Shown: positions 1 through 9,819, counted from the stretch's first letter. The stretch: DNA of 64,000 nt from a bacterium (GCA_020057555.1 JAGVFR010000028.1:12444-76443); one strand, 5' to 3'. Translations and numbers: made by a program. The notes: generated from the letters alone by a model not told the origin.

Positions 1-622
1 CCACTGGAACGATGATCTCCTTGTGAACTTCATGACGAAGATCCTCGGTAGAAACATCGTCTGTATGCTGGGTTGCGATCGTGACGTGGACGACCTTTCC
101 GTCCTTCATCACGACCTGACTCTTGTTGTCTGGCCGAAGGAACGAGAGAGTGCCGGCTTTTCGAACATGGTCAAGGCGCATGACGAGCTGACGAGCCACG
201 TGGTAAGCGATCGGCATATAACCGTGATCGGGTGTGTCAACCGCGTATCCGACCATTGTGCCCTGATCGCCAGCGCCTCTGCGCTGAACGTTCGTGCCAA
301 GCGCGATGTCAGGCGACTGCTGAACCACGTCGACATGGACACCGCTGACCTCGTCGTCGTTGTAGCCGATCTCGCGGTGAACCCGCATTGCGAGCTCTGG
401 CAAATCGATCACACTTGCGGTCGTCATCTCACCGATGAGTGTGATGAACGTTTTGCCACCGGTCTCGATTGCGACACGGCTGTTCGGATCTCCTGCGAGC
501 GCGGCATCAAGCACAGCGTCGCTGATCTGGTCGCAGACTTTGTCCGGGTGTCCCGGCCCAACGGTCTCAACCGTGATGTTGCCCCCTCTTTGGGGGCAAA
601 TCATACACATGTCCGTTCCCAT
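1..622 (-). CDS. metK: S-adenosylmethionine synthetase, 3'-truncated by window edge
   Basis: Manual translation of the minus strand (not in the ORF track because it has no stop in the window): MGTDMCMICPQRGGNITVETVGPGHPDKVCDQISDAVLDA...QQSPDIA...GAGDQG...LRPDNKSQV. GHPDK and GAGDQG are MetK motifs. SD GGAGG at 628-632. Confidence 0.95.
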   Translation of the reverse strand, partial: MGTDMCMICPQRGGNITVETVGPGHPDKVCDQISDAVLDAALAGDPNSRVAIETGGKTFITLIGEMTTASVIDLPELAMRVHREIGYNDDEVSGVHVDVVQQSPDIALGTNVQRRGAGDQGTMVGYAVDTPDHGYMPIAYHVARQLVMRLDHVRKAGTLSFLRPDNKSQVVMKDGKVVHVTIATQHTDDVSTEDLRHEVHKEIIVPV

Positions 623-661
623 TCGTGCCTCCAAATTCGTGAACATTCTCACGACTTTGTC

Positions 662-705
662 AGCTTATGGAATACACTGAAAAACGTCAAGGGTTGTGCT
701 ATAAT
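662..705. promoter_or_regulatory. Back-to-back sigma70 promoters for metK (-) and hsp20 (+)
   Basis: Minus: TTGACG-17-TAAGCT (690..662). Plus: extended -10 TGCTATAAT at 697-705, 6 nt before ATG 712. Confidence 0.65.
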
Positions 706-711
706 CAGACT

Positions 712-1104
712 ATGGAATCAAAACAACAAACAAACTCTTTTCTTGATTCTCAATGGCTTTCAATTCCAGAAGGCCAACTTTCTGTTGATGTACATGAAAC
801 TCCGTCAGAGATTATCGTTCGTTCCGCTATTGCCGGAGTTCTATCAAAGGACCTTGAAATCGTTGTAAGTAATGACACACTTACAATTCGAGGAACACGG
901 CACAATGAATCAAAAACAAAAAAAGGCTCGCGCACTCATATTCAAGAATGTCATTGGGGTGCGTTTTCACGATCAATCATTCTTCCATCACATGTTGATC
1001 CAAATAAAACAAAAGCCACTCTTCAACGCGGTGTTTTAACGGTTGTTATGAAAAAAATTGAAATGGACAAACATGTTCCAGTGCTTGATCTCGAAGATGT
1101 ATGA
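712..1104 (+). CDS. Hsp20/alpha-crystallin small heat shock protein
   Basis: LSVDVHET...LTIRGTR...ECHWGAFSRSIILP...ATLQRGVLTV fits the Hsp20 pattern. Start moved to ATG 712, downstream of the -10 box. Confidence 0.93.
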   Translation: MESKQQTNSFLDSQWLSIPEGQLSVDVHETPSEIIVRSAIAGVLSKDLEIVVSNDTLTIRGTRHNESKTKKGSRTHIQECHWGAFSRSIILPSHVDPNKTKATLQRGVLTVVMKKIEMDKHVPVLDLEDV

Positions 1105-2918
1105 AAAAGACAATCTTGTTTGTTGGTCTGGGGTTGGCAGTCATGATTATTTTTGTGACTGCACTTTTTTTTGTTTGGTCGCTCCCATATAAAAATCATA
1201 TATCACCAAATGTTTGGATCGGCCCGATTGATGTTGGTGGACTTGATCCTGAAACAGCACGCGAAACAATTCAAACACAAATTGATTCACTTGTTGCAAA
1301 TGGAATTCCAGTACAGATCAATGGAATTAGCAAACCACTTGCTCTTGCCACACTTGTTTCATCTGATTTGAATGAGGAAGTAACTTTTGATTTGGATCGT
1401 GCAATGCAGAAAGCTCAAGCCGTTCCGCTTGTTTCATTGAGATTGTGGAATAAAAAAATAATTCCGCTTACAGTTTCTATTGCAAAAGAAAATTTGAAAA
1501 AAAATATTTCTGAATTATTTCCAAACGCAGAAATACCGGTTCAAGACGCGCGATTTTTAATTGTCCCAACTGCAGTGAATAATGAATGGTCAGTTCAAGT
1601 GATTGAAGATAGAGCAGGAAATGAACTGAACTGGAATCCATTCTTTCAAACACTCGAAACTCAACTCATGAATCTTGATGATGCAGAGATCATTCTAAAA
1701 GTTTTTGACAAAGCACCTTTTGTAACAAAACAAATAGCAGAGCAACAAATAGATCAAGTGAACGAGATCCTAAAAAATGACCGGATTCAAATCTCGTATT
1801 CTGACGTATGGAAACAACCGCGAATACTTGAGCTTACAAAGTGGAAACTTTCAAAAATGCTTGTTCCAACTCAAAGTGAAAAAGTTGGAATCGATGAAAC
1901 TCAACTAAATCTTTTCCTTGATGATTTTGCTAAAACATTTGAACGGCCAGCTCAAAACGCAAGATTTGTTTTTGAAAACGGACGTGTTATTGAATTTACT
2001 GAAAGCAAATCAGGAGTAAAAATTGATCGAGTTGTAATGTTCAATCTTCTTTCACAAGCAATTCAAGAACCAATCAATGATCCAATTCAACTTGCTGTTA
2101 TTGTTGAAGAACCACTTGTAAAAACAGGAGATGTGAATGATCTTGGTATTCAAGAAATTCTTGGTTTTGGAACTTCAAGTTATCGTGGCAGTCCAATGAA
2201 TCGCCGTAAGAACATTCAAAATGGAGTTCGGCTATTGAACGGACTTCTTATTGCGCCAGGACAAACTTTCTCTTTATTGGAAGCATTAAAACCATTTGAT
2301 ACAGAGAACGGATATCTCCCAGAGCTAGTAATCAAAGGAGACAAGATCACACCAGAACTCGGAGGAGGACTTTGCCAAATCGGAACAACAACATTTCGTG
2401 CGACAATGAACTCTGGTCTTGCGATTGTTGAACGTCAAAATCATTCACTTGTTGTTTCATATTACAATGATCCTGCAAATGGAAACCCTGGAACTGATGC
2501 AACTATCTATGAACCTGCTCCTGACTTCAAATTTTTGAATGACACTGGTAATTACATTCTTTTCCAAGCAGAAAATTTAACAGACACACAAGAATTACGT
2601 TTCACTTTTTGGGGTACTCCGGACGGACGCAAAGGTTCATACTCTGCGCCAAAAATTTTGCGATGGATTCCAGTTGCAGAACCTCAAAAAATTAAAACAA
2701 CAGATTTAAAACCTGGAGAAGAAAAATGTCAGGAATCGCATATCGGTGCTGATGCGTCGTTTGTTTACAAAATTGAAAATCCAGATGGAACAGTTGTCGA
2801 AATAACATTCACTTCTCACTATCGTCCTTTACCAAAAATATGTTTGATAGGAGTTGAGGAAAAAGAAACTGTAGCGGAAGGCTTTGGCCTTCCAGAAGCT
2901 GAAAGTATAACTCCATAA
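1101..2918 (+). CDS. VanW-family protein with N-terminal TM and putative peptidoglycan-binding region
   Basis: NRRKNI...LNGLLIAPGQTFS...GGGLCQIGTTTFRA...ERQNHS...GTDATIY...DFKFLNDTG is the VanW signature. Confidence 0.9.
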   Translation: MKKTILFVGLGLAVMIIFVTALFFVWSLPYKNHISPNVWIGPIDVGGLDPETARETIQTQIDSLVANGIPVQINGISKPLALATLVSSDLNEEVTFDLDRAMQKAQAVPLVSLRLWNKKIIPLTVSIAKENLKKNISELFPNAEIPVQDARFLIVPTAVNNEWSVQVIEDRAGNELNWNPFFQTLETQLMNLDDAEIILKVFDKAPFVTKQIAEQQIDQVNEILKNDRIQISYSDVWKQPRILELTKWKLSKMLVPTQSEKVGIDETQLNLFLDDFAKTFERPAQNARFVFENGRVIEFTESKSGVKIDRVVMFNLLSQAIQEPINDPIQLAVIVEEPLVKTGDVNDLGIQEILGFGTSSYRGSPMNRRKNIQNGVRLLNGLLIAPGQTFSLLEALKPFDTENGYLPELVIKGDKITPELGGGLCQIGTTTFRATMNSGLAIVERQNHSLVVSYYNDPANGNPGTDATIYEPAPDFKFLNDTGNYILFQAENLTDTQELRFTFWGTPDGRKGSYSAPKILRWIPVAEPQKIKTTDLKPGEEKCQESHIGADASFVYKIENPDGTVVEITFTSHYRPLPKICLIGVEEKETVAEGFGLPEAESITP

Positions 2919-2963
2919 CTTTCAAATCTATCCACAGTGAACTCTTGCTTATGTTTTCTGAAT

Positions 2964-3132
2964 GGACGTAAGATCGAGACAGGAAATAAAAAAACAGACA
3001 TCGATCTGCAGGCAAGAAATTTCATTTATGGGAAGGTCAAGTCCGGAGACCAGAACTTCCATAAATTGAAATCCCATGCTTGTCGTGCCTGCAGATCACT
3101 GCCTGTTTTGAAACTCCTTGAATTGAAGTCAA
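2964..3132 (-). ncRNA. Candidate rod-shaped small RNA
   Basis: TTGACA-17-TGaTAGACT promoter (3167..3139). Long imperfect hairpin 2991-3109 ending in a T7 run on the minus strand. No credible ORF. Confidence 0.5.
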
Positions 3133-3292
3133 CACCCTAGTCTATCAGGTCGCAAAAAAATTGTCAATGGCTGACACCAAATGAATGTTACACTGATTTG
3201 ACGGCCTTTGCAAGCAAAAAGACTTTTCCAAGAAAAGTCCTTTTATTTTTGTCAAAACCGACAAAAATTACCTATTTATCCAGAGGTTGTCC

Positions 3293-3889
3293 CTAGCTTA
3301 TCACCTTATCAATCAAACCGTACTTAACCGCATCTTCTGGATCTAGGAAGTAATCGCGCTCTGTATCAGCCGCGACCTTCGTGATTTTCTGCCTTGTATG
3401 TTTTGAAAGAATTTGATTAATGCGATCCTTAATCTTCAAAATCCGTTCAGCATGAATCTTAATATCAGTTGCCTGACCTTGAACTCCACCAAGAACTTGG
3501 TGAATCATCACTTCAGAGTTTGGAAGCGCAAAGCGCTTCCCTTTTTCTCCTGCGGCAAGCAACACAGCCGCCATTGAAGCGGCTAGCCCAACACAAATAG
3601 TTGAAACATTTGGTTTGACATATTGCATCGCATCGTAGATTGCAAGCCCGGCAGTAACAGAACCACCAGGTGAATTTACATACAGTTTGATGTCTTTTGT
3701 TTTATCTTGGCTTTCTAAAAAAAGCATTTGCGCAATCACAAGGTTTGCAACCGTGTCGTCGATTTCTGTTCCAAGAAAAATTATTCTATCTTTGAGCAAA
3801 CGAGAATAGATATCATAAGCCCGCTCACCCATGTGGGTTTTTTCTATGACAGTTGGAATAAGAATTTGGTTTGTTGGGGAGAGTGACAT
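3293..3889 (-). CDS. clpP: ATP-dependent Clp protease proteolytic subunit
   Basis: [38 protein letters not shown]. Confidence 0.98.
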   Translation of the reverse strand: MSLSPTNQILIPTVIEKTHMGERAYDIYSRLLKDRIIFLGTEIDDTVANLVIAQMLFLESQDKTKDIKLYVNSPGGSVTAGLAIYDAMQYVKPNVSTICVGLAASMAAVLLAAGEKGKRFALPNSEVMIHQVLGGVQGQATDIKIHAERILKIKDRINQILSKHTRQKITKVAADTERDYFLDPEDAVKYGLIDKVIS

Positions 3890-3953
3890 AGTGAAAAAGT
3901 GAATGAGTGATTGATTTTATATTATTTTTTCCCTTTTCTACTTTGCTACTCTA

Positions 3954-4931
3954 CTACTTTCCTACTATCTTTTCAACCCTCCAACATCCATTCTCGCCAC
4001 ATAGCAACATCGCATTTTTTATTGTGTACCCAGCAGCCCTTTCATGACCGCCTCCACCCTTTTCTCTTGCAATCGCACTTACATCGCGTGTTGAAGAACG
4101 CATACTAACCTTAACACCTTGTTCTGAAGTTTCTCGCAAAACATAAATTGTTTCTGTGTCTGTCACAAGACTTAAAAAATTCGACAATCCTTCAATCTCT
4201 TCTTCACTGACTTGATTTTCCTTAATGTCTTTTCGAGTAAGACACGTGATTACAGAATCAAAGTCTGGGTGAAAATGAAGACGCTCAAGCGCCAGACCCC
4301 AAACACGCAATGCCGCAACAGAGCGATTCTTAAATAACATACGAATAGCGTCTTGAATTCGTGCACCTGATAAAATAAGTTTGGAAGCAATATCGAGCGC
4401 GCGATTATTTGTCGCGGAGTTTGTAAACGCTGTAGTGTCAAAACAAAGTCCTGCAAACAAACAAGTCGCGGCGTCTTTGCTAATTGGTAAATGATGACTT
4501 TCAAAAAATCCGTAAACAACTTCGGCAGTTGCTGAAGCATCAACAATCACTTGATTGATGTCACCGTATAAAGAATTTGTTTTGTGATGATCGATATTGA
4601 TAATTCTCGGGTTCCCAGGAATAAGTGCGACAAGACGTTTAATAAACTCCGAATCAGAACAGTCAAACGAAACAACAAGATCAATAGTTGGATCAGAAAA
4701 AATCTCGATATTTTGAGTACAACGATTTATAAATGGAAGTGAGCTATAAACTTCAGGAACTGTGGTTGCAACATACACAAACGGTTGCTGTTTCCCATGA
4801 GTTTGCATAAAATCAACCATTGCAAGAGATGATCCTAGGCTGTCGCCATCAACACGTTCATCAGAAATAAACACAGGATTGTGTGCGTGCATCAAAGCCT
4901 CGTGGATTTGTTTATGTTTATAAGATTCCAT
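3954..4931 (-). CDS. DHH/DHHA1 phosphoesterase (NrnA-like)
   Basis: DGDSLGS, FDCS, NIDHH, KVSMRS, GGGGHERAAG. Confidence 0.92.
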   Translation of the reverse strand: MESYKHKQIHEALMHAHNPVFISDERVDGDSLGSSLAMVDFMQTHGKQQPFVYVATTVPEVYSSLPFINRCTQNIEIFSDPTIDLVVSFDCSDSEFIKRLVALIPGNPRIINIDHHKTNSLYGDINQVIVDASATAEVVYGFFESHHLPISKDAATCLFAGLCFDTTAFTNSATNNRALDIASKLILSGARIQDAIRMLFKNRSVAALRVWGLALERLHFHPDFDSVITCLTRKDIKENQVSEEEIEGLSNFLSLVTDTETIYVLRETSEQGVKVSMRSSTRDVSAIAREKGGGGHERAAGYTIKNAMLLCGENGCWRVEKIVGK

Positions 4932-4995
4932 AAGTGGGATAGTGTACAAAACAAAGCAAAAATGGTCAATCGTGATATACTATCGTCTAGTTTCT

Positions 4996-7233
4996 ATGCA
5001 TCTCGAACGTCTTGAAATTCAAGGATTCAAAACCTTTGCCAAGAAGACAATTTTAACATTTCTTCCTCCAAAAGAAGGCCATTTTCCTGTTACAGCAATT
5101 GTTGGTCCAAATGGTTCAGGAAAATCAAACAGCGCTGACGCGATTCGTTGGGTTTTGGGAGAACAAAGTTTGAAACTTTTGCGCGGTAAACAATCAGACG
5201 ATGTAATTTTTTCTGGCGCAGAGGGAAAAGCTCGTGCTGGTTTTGCAGAGGTCACACTTCAACTCAACAATGAGGACAAATCAATGCCGATTGAATATGA
5301 AAATGTTGTAATCACACGTCGCCTATATCGCGATGGAACTTCAGAATATCTTCTCAACGAAAGTCATGCAAGACTTATTGATATTCAACTTCTTCTTGCG
5401 CAAGCAAATGTCGGTCAACGATCCTATTCAGTTATCGGGCAAGGAATGGTGGATCATATTTTGGTTTCAACACCGGAAGAACGTAAACAATTTTTTGATG
5501 ACGCAACTGGTGTAAAACAATTTCAGATCAAACGTCATGAAGCAATGTTGAAACTCAAGCACACTCTTGAAAATCTTACTGACGCTGAAATGGTTCTTCA
5601 AGAAATTGAACCACGTTTGCGTTCACTAAAGCGCCAAGCATCTCGTCTTGAAAAACGGGAAGAAGTCGAGACCCAACTTCACGCGCTTGAACAAACTTAC
5701 TATGGAAATCTTTGGTGGCAGATTGTGGATGATATGAACGAGCGCAAGCTCACATTTTCTGAAGTCAATAAAAAAATCAAAACAATAGAAAAAGAATTGG
5801 ACGATCTTGAGAAAAAAATGGTCGTTATTGAAAGATCTGAAACAACAGATGAGGGGCTTCGTGAGCTTCAAAAAAAATACCGCGAAATACAACATAAACG
5901 GGAACAGGCTCGTCACACACAATTTGAAACTGAAAAAGAAATTGAACTTGCAAAAATAAAAGTGCAGTCAAATTGGGCACCACTTCCGCTCATAAAAATC
6001 ATCGAAGGAATCGAGGAAATTAAAAAGAAGCTCACTCTCATGTCATCCCGAGCAAAGTCGAGGGATCTCAATAATTTTGATGAAGTTTTCAAAATTGCTG
6101 ATGAGGCTTTTATATTTTCAAACAAACTGGTTTCACAATTGCAAAGACCAAATGCAACTGACATGAAACCAGATCCAAAGCTTGTTGCAAAACTATCACT
6201 TCTAAAACAAGAAGAGGAGAAATTGAATAAAGAGCTTGTTCGAATTGAAAAAGAAATCGATTCACATGCACAAAAAGAAAAAGAAGCACGAACAGAACTT
6301 ATTGAAACACAACGATCTTTGCGCGCAAAACAACAAGATCTACATCTGCTTGAACAGGAGCGAAACCAATCTGAAATTGAACTCGCTCGTTTGGAAGAAC
6401 GACAGCAAGGTTTGATTCGCGAGATGGACGAGTTTATGAAAGAGAGAGCAGTGAATCTAAGAACAAATCTCCCCCCTACCAGAGGGGGGATAAAGGGGGG
6501 AGGGAGCGAGGAAACTTACCCTGAAATTCAGCGACTTCGTTATAAACTCGAATTGATCGGTGGAATCGATCCTGAAGTCATGAAAGAATATACAGAGATT
6601 CAGGAACGCTTTGATTTTCTAAATACGCACGTGACTGATCTTCGACAAGCAATGCGTTCAACAGAAAAAATCATCAAAGAACTGGACGAAAAAATCGAAC
6701 AACAATCCAAAAAATTATTTGGAGAGATTAACAAAAAATTCCAGCACTATTTCAAAATACTTTTTGGCGGAGGATCATGCGCACTTGTGAAAGTCAGCCA
6801 ATCTGTCATCCCAGAAGTGGAATTATCCAATGAGCCTGTCGAAGGGGTAATGAGTCAGATAAACCAGTCCGAAGGTGTTGATATTCAAGCAACTCCGCCT
6901 GGAAAACGTTTGAAGGCATTGAATCTCTTGTCTGGTGGAGAACGTGCACTTACTTCGATCGCGCTTCTTTCCGCAATCATGGATGTAAACCCTTCCCCGT
7001 TTGTTGTTTTGGATGAAGTTGATGCCGCGCTTGATGAAGCAAACACAATTCGATTTGCCGCAATCTTGGATGAGCTTTCACAAAAAAGTCAGTTCATAAT
7101 CATCACACATAATCGCGCGACAATGGAAAAAGCTGATGTACTGTATGGAGTAACAATGGGCGATGACGGAATTTCAAATTTGCTAAGTGTTCATTTGGAA
7201 GATATTGCAAAAAATGGTTCTGCGAGGAGATGA
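4996..7233 (+). CDS. smc: SMC-family chromosome segregation ATPase, short form (~745 aa)
   Basis: LEIQGFKTF, GPNGSGKSN Walker A, LSGGERAL, LDEVDAALD, IITHN, with coiled coils between. Confidence 0.92.
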   Translation: MHLERLEIQGFKTFAKKTILTFLPPKEGHFPVTAIVGPNGSGKSNSADAIRWVLGEQSLKLLRGKQSDDVIFSGAEGKARAGFAEVTLQLNNEDKSMPIEYENVVITRRLYRDGTSEYLLNESHARLIDIQLLLAQANVGQRSYSVIGQGMVDHILVSTPEERKQFFDDATGVKQFQIKRHEAMLKLKHTLENLTDAEMVLQEIEPRLRSLKRQASRLEKREEVETQLHALEQTYYGNLWWQIVDDMNERKLTFSEVNKKIKTIEKELDDLEKKMVVIERSETTDEGLRELQKKYREIQHKREQARHTQFETEKEIELAKIKVQSNWAPLPLIKIIEGIEEIKKKLTLMSSRAKSRDLNNFDEVFKIADEAFIFSNKLVSQLQRPNATDMKPDPKLVAKLSLLKQEEEKLNKELVRIEKEIDSHAQKEKEARTELIETQRSLRAKQQDLHLLEQERNQSEIELARLEERQQGLIREMDEFMKERAVNLRTNLPPTRGGIKGGGSEETYPEIQRLRYKLELIGGIDPEVMKEYTEIQERFDFLNTHVTDLRQAMRSTEKIIKELDEKIEQQSKKLFGEINKKFQHYFKILFGGGSCALVKVSQSVIPEVELSNEPVEGVMSQINQSEGVDIQATPPGKRLKALNLLSGGERALTSIALLSAIMDVNPSPFVVLDEVDAALDEANTIRFAAILDELSQKSQFIIITHNRATMEKADVLYGVTMGDDGISNLLSVHLEDIAKNGSARR

Positions 7234-7309
7234 ATAATTACAACTCTTCAACTGCAGTAAATTATTGCCTGAACCTGTCGAAGGCCATAATTTACTTCTG
7301 TTCAGGTAT

Positions 7310-7349
7310 AAACAAAACAACCGTTCTCGATGAGACGGTTGTTTGGTTT
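7310..7349. terminator. Bidirectional terminator hairpin
   Basis: AAACAAAACAACCGTTCTC-gat-GAGACGGTTGTTTGGTTT lying between smc and the minus-strand unit at 7350-7940. Confidence 0.75.
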
Positions 7350-7940
7350 CCTGAATATTCAAACTGTGGTTTGACTATTCGGGGTACGGGGCGAGGACAG
7401 ATAATCCTCGCCCAAGAGCTTTGTGGTCGTTCACCTCCACGACCTTTAGGAGAGTTCTTTGTTTCGCAGATTTCTCTGCGCGGACGAAACTCACAACGCC
7501 CGTGACTTCTTTGGAACGCCTTCACTCCTTAAGTAGATAACAAAAGGCGTTTCCTTTCAGGCTTCAGAAGTCTTTTGCCTGCCATGCTTTGGTTGCGAGC
7601 CTGACGACGTCCTGGCCAGAAGCCAGGGAGCTGTTTCGAATGGGATCGCTACTTAGTAGGTTTGCACCTACTTCTGACTCCCCATCAAAACAACCACGCA
7701 TAGTACGCCGACCATTCTGTCTTGTATCCACGCACGGGCGAATGATTTGCCAACGGCCCCGTACGCTTCCCCTATCTCATCAGCCTGTTCCTTTCTCGAC
7801 GCATTTCGTTGTTTCCAACATTTTCCGTTGCTGGATCCAACAACCATGCTCCCCCAGCACATACTGGAGAAGCCCCCAGACACCAGATAGCACCAAAGCT
7901 TCAGAGAACCACCAGATGCGACTTCATCGCACCTTCGTGG
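7310..7940 (-). ncRNA. Candidate large structured RNA (~630 nt)
   Basis: TTGACA-17-TGaTAATCT promoter (7974..7946), a series of local hairpins, terminator at 7310-7349, no recognisable protein. Confidence 0.5.
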
Positions 7941-8029
7941 GAAGTAGATTATCATATTTTGACGTTTTTGTCAAGAGCCTACCATGAATACTTGGCTCAA
8001 TTTAGCTAAAAACAAAAAAGGGTTGTCAC

Positions 8030-8058
8030 TTGACAGAAGAAATCAAATCACATACACT
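8030..8058 (+). promoter_or_regulatory. sigma70 promoter of rpsP
   Basis: TTGACA-17-TACACT. Confidence 0.7.
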
Positions 8059-8089
8059 CTCCTCACATTCACTTTTCAAATACTATACA

Positions 8090-8113
8090 ACCACGGCTAA
8101 AGCCGTGGGCTAC
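8090..8113. repeat. REP-like palindrome in rpsP leader
   Basis: CCACGGCT-AA-AGCCGTGG followed by GCTAC (GTAG end on the minus strand). Confidence 0.6.
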
Positions 8114-8120
8114 AAACACT

Positions 8121-8519
8121 ATGATCTCAATCCGTCTCACACGCGTTGGTAAAACACGAGCGCCAATATATCGCATAGTTGTTCAACCAAAACATCGCGA
8201 TCCATGGTCTCCTGCAATTGAAATTCTCGGCCACTACAATCCACGAAAAGAACCAAAAGAAGTCGTGATCAAAAACGATCGCGTTAAATACTGGCTCTCA
8301 CAAGGAGCGGAAGCAACAGACACTGTTTGGAACATGCTTGTTGATGAGAAAATTGTTGAAGGAAAAAAACGATCAACAACACACATCAGTAATACCCATG
8401 CTGAAAGACTTGAAACAAAAGCAAGCGAAGCTAAAGCCGAATCTGAAAAACAAGAGGCTACAAAAAAAGAAGTTGAAACACCAAAAGAAGAGCCTCCAAA
8501 AGAAGAACCCGCGAACTAA
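8121..8519 (+). CDS. rpsP: 30S ribosomal protein S16 with acidic/Lys-rich C-terminal extension
   Basis: MISIRLTRVGK...YRIVV...EILGHYNP...YWLSQGAEATDTV. Confidence 0.97.
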   Translation: MISIRLTRVGKTRAPIYRIVVQPKHRDPWSPAIEILGHYNPRKEPKEVVIKNDRVKYWLSQGAEATDTVWNMLVDEKIVEGKKRSTTHISNTHAERLETKASEAKAESEKQEATKKEVETPKEEPPKEEPAN

Positions 8520-9187
8520 CGCGGGTTTTTCTTTTTCCACTCTTCAATTTTTTTGTGATCGCCAGAGAGAAGCACACTTGGCACTTTCCACTTTTTATAA
8601 ATTTCGGGTTTTGTATATTGAGGATATTCAAGCAAACCTTCCTCATCATGCGATTCACTTTCAAGAGATTCTTTTGAACCCAAAACTCCTGGCACCATAC
8701 GCGCGATTGCATCTATCATTATAAGTGCTGGAAGTTCTCCACCTGTCAAAACATAATTTCCAATCGAAAACGATTCATCAACAATGTGTTCTTCCACTCG
8801 ATTGTCGACACCTTCATACCGCCCGCACAAAAAAATCAACTGATCATATTTTGAGAGTCGCCGCGCGTCTTTTTGCGTAAATAAATTCCCGCTCGCCGAT
8901 GTTAATATCACTCGTGTCTTCATTCCTTTCAGACCTTTCCGACCTTTCAGACTTTTCACCGCCTTATCAAACGGCTCAACTTTCATCAGCATTCCAGCAC
9001 CACCACCGTACGGAGTGTCATCAACTTTGTGATGTTTGTCAGTCGTCCAATCGCGCAAATTGTGTGCAAAAATTTTTATCAAACCCTTCTTTTGCGCCCG
9101 ACCCAAAATCGAAGCATCCGAATACGGTACAATCATTTCTGGAAAAATCGTTATTATATCAAACTGACGCTTATGAAATTTTCGCAT
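8516..9187 (-). CDS. trmD: tRNA (guanine37-N1)-methyltransferase
   Basis: FDIITIFPE, VDDTPYGGGAGM, LCGRYEGVD, SIGNYVLTGGE, LEYPQYT. Confidence 0.98.
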   Translation of the reverse strand: MRKFHKRQFDIITIFPEMIVPYSDASILGRAQKKGLIKIFAHNLRDWTTDKHHKVDDTPYGGGAGMLMKVEPFDKAVKSLKGRKGLKGMKTRVILTSASGNLFTQKDARRLSKYDQLIFLCGRYEGVDNRVEEHIVDESFSIGNYVLTGGELPALIMIDAIARMVPGVLGSKESLESESHDEEGLLEYPQYTKPEIYKKWKVPSVLLSGDHKKIEEWKKKNPR

Positions 9188-9243
9188 ATTATTCAAATTA
9201 AAAACCGACCATGTACTAGCATAGCCGGTTTTTCTTTTTTTAT

Positions 9244-9615
9244 CTATATTCCTAGATCGTCTACTGACGAATCTCGATCACTGCCTGCGCTTGCGCCACC
9301 TACAAAACCGCCTGCGCTTGCGTTACCTGCAAAGTCGGTACGTGGTCGTGGACCACGAGAACCTTCTGGTTCAAAAATCTTCAAATTGACGCGCGCGTTT
9401 TCCTTTGCGCCAACGATCTTGAGCAGTGTGCGAACTGCGCGGGCTGTTTGTCCTTGCCGACCGATGACATAACCCATATCCTCCGCATGAATGTGAAGGG
9501 TGATGAGCACACCACGTTCGTCAACGATACGCTCTGTGCGGACGTCATCCGGATGGTTGACGATAGCGCGCACAATGTACTCAACGAACTCTTGATCGAA
9601 CAATTTATCTGCCAT
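9244..9615 (-). CDS. khpA: KH-domain RNA-binding protein KhpA
   Basis: IVNHPDDV...DMGYVIGRQGQTARAVRTLL; adjacent to trmD and rpsP. Confidence 0.9.
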   Translation of the reverse strand: MADKLFDQEFVEYIVRAIVNHPDDVRTERIVDERGVLITLHIHAEDMGYVIGRQGQTARAVRTLLKIVGAKENARVNLKIFEPEGSRGPRPRTDFAGNASAGGFVGGASAGSDRDSSVDDLGI

Positions 9616-9725
9616 ATCAGTTGCAACAAATGTTTCTTAGCCGTTTTCCTGCCATCTGTTTGCCTGTCGACCGATCCCCCGAAGTTTCAGCGAAGGGGGA
9701 CAGACGGACGGTTTGGAATGCTTAA

Positions 9726-9819
9726 AGCATATTGAATTTTGGGCAAATTGTCAATCCTCAAGATTTCCCCAATTTACAGTATCTTCGGCCTTGACAGGTT
9801 TCTGTCTCTTTTATAAAAT
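9726..9819. promoter_or_regulatory. Divergent promoters for khpA-trmD (-) and 16S rRNA (+)
   Basis: Minus TTGACA-17-TATGCT (~9754..9726); plus TTGACA-17-TAAAAT (9791-9819). Confidence 0.7.

Noticed and set aside
495-510. Suspected frameshift in metK
   Set aside because: Re-reading gives an intact frame (LDAALAGDPNSRVAIET).
23-868. 281-aa plus-strand ORF
   Set aside because: Antisense shadow of metK and overlaps hsp20; no motifs.
7350-7940. tmRNA, RNase P RNA or group II intron assignment
   Set aside because: No tRNA-like ends or tag peptide, no GAGGAAAGTCC, and no domain V with an AGC/CGC triad; only a chance GTGCG.
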